Positions 43,948 to 54,718 of a DNA stretch of 64,000 nt are shown one piece after another; positions within the stretch are counted from its first letter, which is position 1, and every line of letters starts with the position of its first letter. The stretch lies in NCBI GenBank assembly GCA_964247055.1, contig OZ176050.1, positions 11,532,001-11,596,000 of the forward strand. Reading direction: 5' to 3'. The notes under the pieces are model-generated. The model did not search any database. It saw only the letters and a list, made by a program, of their open reading frames with translations, and was not told where the DNA came from. Position numbers and translations under genes: made by a program. The DNA comes from Paragordius varius. Taxonomy: Eukaryota > Animalia > Nematomorpha.

Positions 43948-45952
43948 GTGCATGCAAACTAATTGAAAATATTAAAATTATATCATTAGGATTGTATATG
44001 TAAGATCGAAATAGTTTTCAATTTAACCCACCAAACTAAATAAACAGTTATATATTCGTGATTATATATGTTAAAAAACAGGACCAAACCTTCAAGAACT
44101 CTTTGTAATGATGGATAAAAAGTTTTCTCTCAAAACTGTACTATTGATAGCCTTTCAAACGTTAGATCGCATAGAATTTTTACACAGGAAAGGCATTATC
44201 TATCGAGATGTAAAACCGCAAAATTTTTTAATCGGCAGAAAAAGTGAAGGAATGGATAACTTAGTTTATTTGTTAGATTTTGGACTCTCGAAAGAATATG
44301 TCATGGAAGACGGTTTGAATAACTCTTTTATAAAATAAAAATTTATATGGGAATTATTTTATTAGATAGTTTATTTCAAAAATATTTTATCCAGGTAAAC
44401 ACATTCCGTTTTTGCTGAAAAAATCTTTGACGGGAACAGCACGATACATTTCCATAAACACCCACGAAGGTGTTGAACAAAGTCGAAGAGATGATATTGA
44501 ATCTCTTTCCTATCTTTATCTGTATTTCCTAAAGGGCTCTTTGCCTTGGCAAAATATGACAGATCATAACCGAGTAACAAACAAGGAAAGGTTTATATAA
44601 TTCTTTTTAAAAGGGAAATATTGATTGAGAAAAACAAATATAAAAAATTATTTTATACTTTTAATATTACATTTGGCAAAATTTGATGATAATTCTGGTT
44701 ATATAGAATACTTTAAGGTAGATGATGTGGTACTGGTTACTATATAAATTGGATATATTTTAGAATTTTAAAGGATGATCAAAACTTTTTTATTTTTACA
44801 GAATTATATATCACAAAAATTATATTATAATAAAAAAATATGCCAGGATAGACCCATTTAATAGAGTAAGTTTTTATATTGACATATTTTCAACACAGCA
44901 TAATCAGTTGCCGCCAAAATTTGGTAAAGTCATGCAAAGTTTTGATTTTTTTAATTTATACCCACAATTAAATTAAATCACAAACACAATGGCGCTTTGA
45001 ACCTTTAAAATCTATTTGTTTATTTTATACTTATTTCTCCAGATATAGATTAATAGGCTTAAAGAAAAGGGATAGTGTTAGCAGCGAAGAATTTTTCATT
45101 AATGTCCCGTCCGAGTTTCGAACCATGTTAACTTATGCTCGTAACATTGCATTTGATGAATGCCCGGATTACGATTTTATCCGTGAATTATTAATGAATC
45201 TTTTTAATCGTTCGGGTTATACCTGCGACAATATTTTTGATTGGAATTCTGGTAATTTTCCGGACAACAGAGATGGTGGATTCATTTGTAAAAAGGGACT
45301 CTTTCAAAACATCCCAATGGTATCACCAAATGCAAAAAAGGATGGAGACCCAACAGCAAAAAATATAAACCAGCAACCACAAAACCGAAAAAATGACATG
45401 AAAAAAGCAAAAAGCCTAGATGAACTCCGTAGGACAGGGGAATTGGAGATTATACGGTATCAAAAATTAAACATTGAACTCATACATCGAGTAGACAAAG
45501 ATAAAAAGCATCCGCTGGGTCGCAATACTCCACAAGTTCAGGGTATGAAGAAAGAAACAAACGACCCAGAAAATGGCGAAGCTAAAAATGTGGTGGATGA
45601 AAAACCGAATAAAACGGATTTCGAGATTGCACGTGAAATTTTAGCCAAGCATCATCCACACAGCCCTGAAGATAATATAGCAGACGAATTTAAAAGTCAT
45701 GAAAAACAAGATAACCCCACTCAACTAACGCAAAATATAGACATGAATGCCAAAAAAAACTGCGATGAAGTCTTTAAATGTAAACGTTTAGAAGAAAAGA
45801 GAGACACATGGGAATCACTGCGAACCAAGTTGGCAGAAGAATATAGCCGAAACGAAAAACAACGCATCTTAAACAAATATTTGAATGAAACATACCCAAT
45901 AGATTTTAACATACGAAATCAAATTATAAAGGTAAATCATGTGATATATTAG
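42809..45952 (+). CDS. CSNK1G: Casein kinase I, gamma/gilgamesh-like
   Basis: Exons 42809-43526, 44082-44312, 44395-44590 and 45043-45952 join in frame. Motifs [67 protein letters not shown] and [11 protein letters not shown]. The C-terminus may extend past 45931 through a 21-nt intron. Confidence 0.93.
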
Positions 45953-47265
45953 GAAGATAATTTTATTAATGCAAGGTTTTTTGAATACCCCTATAAAAAC
46001 AAATGTTTGCATAATGTTTTTTATGGATGATCAAATTTCATCAATATATTTCGTTTTTTGAAAACACTATGTTTAAAAAATTTTATTCCAAGTTCCCAGA
46101 AGCTGATCAAGTAAGTATCCAAACTTTAAATTCTGTCTATATGCTACCACAAGGACCTCTGATTGATCCCAAATTACATGATCACAAAAAACAGATTGCT
46201 GGGTAAAATTTTGTTATTAAAAAAACCAATGTTTCAAATTAATCGAATTAATTATTTTTGAATGCTAAATACAGATTTACCACCAAATCAATGCCATCTG
46301 CCTTAAAGCCATTGAAAAAAACATCTATTCATTTAAAGCTTTTCCCCTGTTTAAAGAGTTGTTTGACAAATAAATGATATTTATAATGATATCAATTATA
46401 ATAATAAATTAACCATTTAGATACACCACATTTAATTCATGTCCGATTGCTGTAAAACTTCATTCCAATTACTAATGGCATTTTGTTTCCCATGCCTGTA
46501 TAAAATTATTCAATATCCGAAAAATCTTAAAGTTACCCTTTACCCTAGGCGTAATATCACGAAACGAATGCGACTGTTTATACACTTGGTTATATAAAAT
46601 TATATATCAAACATTGGTTTTAAAATATAACAAATTAAAATAATTAAATTGTATTAAGGCACCTAAATATATTAAGCAATAAATTATATTTAGGCGATTT
46701 ATTTATTCAAAAAATACTTAACATTTTAAAATAAAAAACGGCAAACCCCAAAGTAAAATAAGAAAAGTCGCAAAATAATCGGGACAGGTGATGTTTTCTA
46801 TAATTTCGTACACTATGAATCGAATATTTCAAAGATATATTGAGTGGACATTGAAAGATTATACCTATTCAGATTGATATATACTATCAAGGATGTTTGT
46901 TGCTAAAATCAATTAAAAAATTAAAAAATTTTAAAGGCTTGGGAATAAAGATGAAAAACTGCCTGTTTATTCGCACCTTAACGTTTAAATAAAAACCTGT
47001 ATTAGTATTTAATAATCGCTTTAAAACCGTTTCATAGATAAAAATATCGTTAAAGGGAAAGACTATTCGAAAAAAACATTCCGGAAAACAAATTCTTAAT
47101 AATAATATTATATTATCAAGATAATAATTTCAGACGATGGCAATCAATATTTATCCTTATTATATTTAATAAAAAACACCCCTAGATGACAACAAACACC
47201 TTATCAGGAAATATCTAAAAAAATTAAAGTTATAAACTAAATTTTCAGATTTTGCCGCATCTAAA

Positions 47266-48271
47266 TCTATATATTTAAATAAATAGAAAATGCTGGCTTT
47301 GTGAACTGTTTTCGGAAAACCGGTAGACCCATTTGAATTCAAATGAAAAAAATCATTATGAATGCCCCGACAATAGCTTCGTTCCTTTTTTGAATAAGCC
47401 CCCCACCCCGTGTGTAAAACGGTTTTTTTAAAAAAACCGAAGTCCACAGAAATCGTGTCTTTGAGACAATTTTCCGGAAAACGTGTTGGACCATTCGATT
47501 TCAAATATGATTTTTTACTTTTTTTCGATTGCGCCGAACATAGTCGGCTCGCTTTTTTAATTTAAATCCTCTTTTTACCTGCTCCCCCTGTAAAATGCCA
47601 TTTTTCCACAAGAATAATTTTTTGAATCTATTTATCGCCCAAGGAGACCAAATTTAATGAGGATTCCGGGTTGGCAAACATTTTAATCGTGCGTTTTATA
47701 TATTGTGGGTAAGGAGATACCCGCTAAAAACTGCCCGGTCATATAAAAATAGCGTGCTTTTGGGGCTAAATTTCAGAAACCTATCAGGCCATATTAGTTC
47801 AAAAGGTGCTTAAAATATTACCCGTAACAAGGCAAAGATTTAGGTCGTGCGGTTTAATCCGTTAATTAGGCCCTTCACGCACTTGCGTCACCATAGAGAG
47901 ATTTTTCAGTTTTTAGGCATTTCGAAAATCCACGAGAGCATATGGAATCAATCATGATTCCAAGTATTACCAGAATTAAGGCAAAAACTTTAATCAAGCG
48001 TTTTTTTTGTTTCACCCCTGGTTAGGGGGGTTACCCGCGTAAAACTGCGTCACCATATCGATACAGCATGCCTTTGGAGCCGAATTCAGAATACCTATGA
48101 GACTAGTTTTGAAAATTCTATGAAGCACCGTTTTGAAAATCAATGAGATCATAACTATTAAATAATAATTCGAAATAATCCACACATATGGATCACAATT
48201 TTGTTGATCCTTTTTTTCAAATAGCCCCCCCCCCCCTCAAGAAGTCCGAAGGACTTCTTCGGGCTGCATAG
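47266..48271 (+). mobile_element. Non-autonomous Helitron, same family as 12407
   Basis: 5' A|TCTATATATTTAAATAAATAGAAAATGCTG and two array units (~47707, ~48020). Candidate 3' hairpin AAGAAGTCC-GAA-GGACTTCTT (48239-48259) is followed by a degenerate CGGGCTGCATAG end. 3' boundary uncertain. Confidence 0.65.
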
Positions 48272-49224
48272 CAACCCGGGATTTTAAATGTTTAATTAAT
48301 TTCAATTATTTGTTGTATTTTACCATACGCACTGTTTTATGATTTTTTGCTTGTTTATTGATAATATCATTTTATCTATGTTAAACCGTTAAAACGGTCC
48401 TTAAAGAGAAAACTGAAACCAACTTTAGTTTCCAAAAACCATTGCGGCAAGCAATTTATATTGAACGTTTGTGTAAAACCCGATCAATTTATCATGATTT
48501 TGACAATATTGACCTTTCTTTCCTTGGCTTTATGGTTATAAAACCCAAATTTTGTATGTAAAAATATTTTTAAAGTCAAAACGATAAAACAATATGGTGC
48601 CATTTAAATTTTAAGCGAAATAATTATCTGTTTTTTTGATTGTGCATATTACAAAAAAACAAGTATGTGACATTATGAAATATAAGCTGAACGAACTATA
48701 ATCAAAGATTTTATTTTATTAGAAAAAATAAAAATACTTGAATATCTAGAACATGGTATATAAATTAATTTTTTAACATAGTTGCGCGTAATTGGGATAT
48801 CGAGATTTAGAACAAAGATAAAAGATCTGTTCTTTTCTCTTATATTCTACCTGTAAAATATCAGTTTTATTTTAACGTACCTATATATATATATGAAACA
48901 ATTTTATCTTTAACCTATCTAACTAGTGTAGAAGTTTATTCGAATACGATCTCATATTGAGTCTTTACGTTTGATTCAAAATGTTATATATTAAATTTTT
49001 TAGCATTATCTTTCAATTATTGGAAAAATTTAACTTTATCTATAATTATTATATATATATATATATAATTATGGGATAAAGTTAAGTGTATTTATTTTTA
49101 ATTTTAAAACTTATAATTACAACAAAACAAACCTATTTCATTTCTTCCCCATACTTTTAGTTTATTTCAATTTTTTATTCGGTAAAAATAAGTCGAATAA
49201 CTCTGTTGTATATCATAGTGCGGG

Positions 49225-50791
49225 ATGGGTTCTATCAACTATTCGTCCAAATTATTTTTCGGTATTTTCATTCTTACCCTTTTTTAAATTAGATTGGGTT
49301 TATACTCAATACAATTATTATAAGTACAATAAATTATATTTTTATTTTTATGGTGTAGTTCTTTGCGGCATAATTTTTGCCAACGCAAATCCTGGGCTCC
49401 CAGTCAGAAAAAGTGATGGCTCTGACACCAATAATTTGTATCGCAGAAATCATTACAGATCACTCTACAATAGTAACAAAAATGAGGATCAATTGATTTC
49501 GGCCAATGCCGCACTCAAAGGTAGGGATGATGAAATATCCTTAGGATCTAACCGGAATGTCAGGCGTGACAGTTTACAAGATAGTAGTAGCAAATCATCC
49601 AGTCATAAAAGAAACAAAGATTCCAGCCTTCAACATCACCGTAAGAAACCAACCAAATCTGATAAAATGATTATGGCAGATAAGAGCGGAGGGCCCCCTA
49701 GCGATTTATACGGACCGGATCCAAACCGTGGTGGCGGCGGCTTACCGCCTCAACATCATATAGATCCGAGTTATGGGCCTATCCCTAGCGGCCTCTTAAA
49801 CAGTTATAACCGACAACAGGCGCCTGAGGATGTCATTCCCAGTGATGTGCTCATGGTCCCCGGATCTATTTGTCAAACTCATGACATTACAGACGGCATT
49901 TTGAGTGACCCCTCAGATTGTTCCAGGTACTTTGTTTGCGCGTTCGGCCAAGAATTTTCGAAGTCATGTCCGTTAGGCTTGTTGTGGAACCAAAAAACGC
50001 ATTCTTGTGATTGGCCCGAAAATGTAACGTGTTCCAACAAAAACCGTAAAATAACTTAAATATATTTGTCCTGCATACTTTTCAATTTGTTATTTGGCTA
50101 AATATTTATGTTTGCATAGATATGATGGAGAATATGGTTGACTTAAGATGTGGTCGCGACAAAATTAGCTGTGCCTCTGGAAACCAATGTATATTCCTTG
50201 ATCAATTATGTGACAAAAAAGTCGATTGCCTAGATACATCCGATGAAATTACTTGCGGTAAAAAAAGTTCTATTTATTTTAACTAATAAGTAAAATGTCT
50301 GATTACAAAAGTTCCTCAATCATTCCTGCTTGTTATGATGTAATGGCCCAAATCTCGTCGGTGTAGCTCTTATTTGTATAGTAAAGGTAACAGTTACAAT
50401 ACACCATCGATCTTTAAAATGTATAAATGGTTTTTAACAACATGATCAATTTTCTTATAATCCAATTTTTACCCTTACTTACAAGAAAAGCGCATCCAAT
50501 ACGTTTTTAAATGAGAGTTTTTGTGGTGGTATGTCGACATAATTTATGCTATTCAACAAATTTAAAGGTTTATTTAATAAATTTTTAGATCCCTACAAGG
50601 TTGGTGTGTTGCCAGGGAAAGTAGTTTCAGTCGATGGGGGTACAATTATACCCTTTTGCGGTTCAGGCCATGCTTTATGCACGAGCCGAACTCAATGCGT
50701 AATAATTTCACAGCTTTGTGATGGTGTCGAAAATTGTCCAGATGGATCAGACGAAGCGGAAGAAATGTGCCTTAAATCACCAAGAAAATAA
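49225..50791 (+). CDS. Secreted protein: low-complexity N-region, CBM14 (peritrophin-A) chitin-binding domain and two LDLa repeats
   Basis: Exons 49225-49261, 49359-50045, 50120-50257 and 50589-50791 join in frame. Signal-like MGSINYSSKLFFVLCGIIFANA; CBM14 DPSDCSRYFVC...CPLGLLWNQKTHSCDWPENVTC; LDLa CGRDKISCASGNQC...CDKKVDCLDTSDEITC and CGSGHALC...CDGVENCPDGSDEAEEMC; stop TAA. Confidence 0.85.
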
Positions 50792-51078
50792 AATATATTT
50801 GCCAATATTTGAGACGAAATCATTTATTACATACATATTTTATTTATTATTTAGTAGATGTCTATTTCAAACAAAATGTCACATAATGACTTTTATTTAT
50901 CAATGCACCACTGATACAGAAGTGTCTTAAATCACCAAGAAAATAAAATTGGCCAACATTTAACACACACATTTATTATATAGTTTATTTATTTAATATC
51001 ATTTTGCATATTATTGCATCATATACTATCTCAAACTAAAATGTTTTTATGATTAATTAATGCACTGCTTAATAATAA

Positions 51079-51856
51079 TTAACTGAAATATTTTTCAAAT
51101 AAAGATTTTAATTTTGAATCTTTGACTGGTTGTTCATGGTACTCAGATTGTGATGAAGGAAATAAAATTTTAGATTTATAGGATAAATCAGGGTCGTCTT
51201 TTGGGTTAGTTCCAACCAAAGTGTTAAACAATTTCGTAAAAAAGCTTTCACGTGGATGCTGCGGTTCATGTAAAGCAATATCATCTTTAACATGACTTAA
51301 TTCATTTTTTATCATTGATTCGATCGGCCTTTGATGCATACTCGAAAAATCTGTATGGTCTTCCGTAACAACAGTGCCATCTGGTTTACGGATAGTTACA
51401 ATTTCTTTTATTTTATCCCCACTGGTTTCAATTACTTTAATTCGCTCATTCCCTAAATGGTCTCGTAATACACTTTTTGAAAAAGAAAACTAAATGGTAA
51501 AAATAAAAATAGTTACTGTGTGAATCTTGGGTGTATCATTATCTTGAAATACAGAATCGGTTTTATTATACTAAAATAAATTGGAATGGTATTACTTCGG
51601 GTTTAAGCATTTGATCTCTTAACGAACTTGGATTATTGGAATTAGAAAATGAAGAAAGACCTATATTTATATATGCTCAAACTTTGTTCTGGTGCTATAT
51701 CAATTTCATTGCTTAGTTGGTCAAATATTTTAAATATATCATTTGTAATTATTTTAATATCATTTCCAAACCAATCGGCTTGTCCAAAGTTTCTATAATT
51801 GATTAATATATAAATTGTTAAAACTTGTCAAAATCTTTTTCAAACCAATCAAACAT
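51079..51856 (-). CDS. HAX1: HAX1-like (HCLS1-associated protein X-1), 223 aa
   Basis: Exons 51856-51825, 51792-51683, 51660-51596, 51570-51517 and 51489-51079 total 672 nt of open frame after removing GT-AG introns of 32, 22, 25 and 27 nt. Motif SLRDQMLKP resembles HAX1 LRDSMLKYP; FSFSKSV and TIRKPDG resemble the HAX1 C-terminal region. Confidence 0.72.
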
Positions 51857-51864
51857 TTTAACAG

Positions 51865-52173
51865 ATGGAGTCTATCTCGCAAGAGTTTATTAGTGCAAAA
51901 AATCCTTTAATAGCTCGGAATTTGCAATTATCATCGGGATTAAAATTTGGCGTTGACTTTTTGGGTTACTTAGGTTTTTTGTTTTTAATATAAGGGGATC
52001 CAAAACACTTTCACTCGCTTTTTATGTTTTTCCTGGAAAAAGAAAAGAATTTACCAGTTTTAGAGCTTATAACTCTTATTCGATTGGCAACTATAGTTAA
52101 AAAAATATTTGTATATGTATATAAGGAAAATGATGAATTTACTTATTTAACATTTAATTATATTGAACTTTAA
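51865..52173 (+). CDS. TSEN34: tRNA-splicing endonuclease catalytic subunit, TSEN34/Sen34-like, catalytic domain only (95 aa as modelled)
   Basis: Exons 51865-51973 and 51995-52173 (288 nt) with a 21-nt intron that contains an in-frame TAA. Gives SGLKFGVDFLGYLGDPKHFHS...RLATIVKK, with the putative Tyr/His/Lys triad present. The 5' end may have additional upstream exons. Confidence 0.85.
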
Positions 52174-52177
52174 TAAA
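52169..52177. terminator. Overlapping candidate poly(A) signals for the convergent TSEN34 and REEP5 genes
   Basis: Plus-strand AATAAA at 52172-52177 overlaps the TSEN34 stop, and minus-strand ATTAAA lies at 52169-52174. Weak evidence in such AT-rich DNA. Confidence 0.35.
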
Positions 52178-52180
52178 TAT

Positions 52181-54436
52181 TCATTCATATAATGTTTTTA
52201 TTGGATCTGCCCTTATTTCACTCATTCTGCATGTAATGGCATTCTTGTATTGGTTCTTGTTAATAACCTTGTATTGGTGCTTTGAGGAAAAAAGAGGTAT
52301 TTGTTTTATAACATATTTGTATAATATGTTTGCTCCATTGTTTTCCATTGGCAAGAGGCACCATACAACAACGCTAATCTAGAATTAAGTTAATTTTAAG
52401 TTAATCGTTTAATTGGGTTATATTTGGCAATGTAAAAGATTATAACTGAGCAATTAAGGATTGGTGCTTAAGTACGTAAATTTTGGCATTGTTTTTATAA
52501 AACATGGAAGAAATTTAACAATTAGCCTTGTGCTGATAGCGATGGTCATAGGCTGGGCCCTTTGTTGGGTACTTGGTTATTTTTTTTTTCAAATTTCCTC
52601 ACCAAAAAATCAAGGGCCAAAACAATAATTATGCATAGCTATGTGACTTTGCAGATATTAATACTCCAAACAAATACATCAAAAAATTAATAAGATATTC
52701 AGTGCCATAAAAAGCACTTTTAGGGCCGTGGATTGAGTATCACTACTTTAAGGGCTATTTGTCTCTTTTAATTAAAACTATTTTTAAATGGAGCCAAATA
52801 ATTTCTGCTTGGTTATAAGATTCAGGCGACTTAAAAAGTTATATCTTACACAACATGTTGTTTGAAATATCAATATTTTTTAGATTTTTTAATATCAAAA
52901 ATAACAAAAAATTACTAAATAAAATTCCGGATTCTATTAACAATCCTTTATATAGAATAGTATCGGGAAAACAAAAAAGTAAATCCTACTGCGAAATTTT
53001 ATATTAGTATTTTAGCATTAGAAAAAAAAGTTTTATTGCAATATTATATTTTTGTTTATCAATATCATTTTTTATTTGAATCCATAACGCTTTACGTATT
53101 TCCTTAAATAGGCATAACATTTTTTAAAAATAATATTTAGATGACATTAATATTTACTTTACCCATAGTTTGTTTCACACGTAAAACCCATATCAAAACA
53201 TGTTAAACATCTCAATGATTGTGGTTGACTAACATTTTATTTAAACTATTTTTAATATAATGTTACCAAATTATTTATACCTTTAAGAGATGATAGACTG
53301 GGAACCAATCTAAAAAATTGGAACATAGATATTCACAAAAGCTAAAAGTTGCGAAAACTATCCAATAAGCCAACCATTGTTTTGATTTGTCAATACTTTC
53401 GCTTTCTATGGAACATATCCTATTCATGCATGCAAATATATATTTTAGCTAATAGTAAGATCGTTAAATATGGATTTCTCTCTTAATTATATTTGCTAAT
53501 TGGCCTATTTATAGCGATTTGTTTACAAACCAATATGATAGATATATCATTATTTTTGTAATATTAAATTAAATAAAACGAAATCGATTCGTGTTTTAAA
53601 GAATACTTCAATAAAATCTAAATAAGCTATCGTAAAAAGAATTTAACATTTTAATCCATATTAAATATTATAAAGCAAATGCATTTTTTAATTTGACTTA
53701 CGAACAATAAACGGGATAGAAAAAGCCGATGAAAGCACTAATGATTGGCGCAGCATGTCCCAACACAATTTGATACACAATGAGAATTGAAATGCAACCT
53801 AAAATAATTATTTTGTTAAAATATTAATTGTATTCAAATTATCATTTATGCTACTGTTATTCGTCCAAATAATATTAGAATTAATTTAAATTATGTGTTA
53901 ATATTTTATTTTATTCATGTATTAATAAAAATTTTATACACTAACCATTTAATTGGTTTAAATGAACAGATCATGTAGTATGTGGAGCCAACACATTGGC
54001 TTGAAAAAAAATCAAGTTGTCTTGAAACCAAATTAAATAAAGATATGATATTTAAAAGAAAAAAATATAAAAAATCTCTTCTCGATTAGGATGATGTTAC
54101 TGCATCCGAAACATTCTAATATTAGTAGTTTAAATGTTGTGGGAATACAGTTTTGGCTTTTTATATCATTGTGTTTTTTAAAAGGAACTCCCACTGTCTT
54201 TTTTTGACGGAATTAATATGAAATATATATTGCCTTAATTTAATTTAACTATTTATGAATATAATTGGAAACAATAAAATAATTTATAGGTAAAAATTTA
54301 TTATTAATGTATTTTTGGCTTAAAATCAGGATCGATTGAATAAAAAAGTTTATGGCTATATTGCAATATACTTTCTTAAATATTGACAAGACATACCTAG
54401 AAACAGAATATTATAATTTAAATTGAAGAGATCCAT
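52181..54436 (-). CDS. REEP5: Receptor expression-enhancing protein 5/6 (TB2/DP1/HVA22, Yop1 family)
   Basis: Exons 54436-54397 (MDLFNLNYNILFLG, tentative first exon), 53798-53702 (...FIGFFYPVYCS), 53419-53281 (IES...QWLAYWIVFATFSFCE...WFPVYHLLK) and 52378-52181 (VWCLLPMENNGANILYKYVI...KHQ) give 474 nt in frame. Confidence 0.88.
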
Positions 54437-54718
54437 AAAAATAAAGAAATAAATTAATTTAAGAAAGATAAATCATTAAATATGAATATGATTGTTACAT
54501 TAAGTTGTAAACAGTAGTGTGTATAATCATGAGTGCAACTTTATTAAATTAAAAAAAACCTAAGTTTATACCCATAGTTAAAAAGATTTATTTTTATAAT
54601 TACCACTCCAATACCGTTTACAATAGTTTTCTACGACAGAGCCATTTCAAATATGAATTGTGAGAAGTCTCTATGATATTGGGCCAAATTTAAAAATGTG
54701 CATATTATTACTCTTTAA

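Noticed and set aside
46420-46900. GC-richer patches as a small minus-strand gene
   Set aside because: No start, consistent splice chain or recognisable motif could be assembled.
49225-50791. Chitin deacetylase (serp/verm) call
   Set aside because: No polysaccharide deacetylase domain. The frame stops after the second LDLa and the next gene is convergent about 290 bp away.
51494-51720. Plus-strand N-terminal exons of TSEN34 (MVKIKIVTV, LKYRIG, NELGLLELE)
   Set aside because: Interrupted by stops with no consistent splice path. The region is better explained as the antisense of the HAX1 exons.
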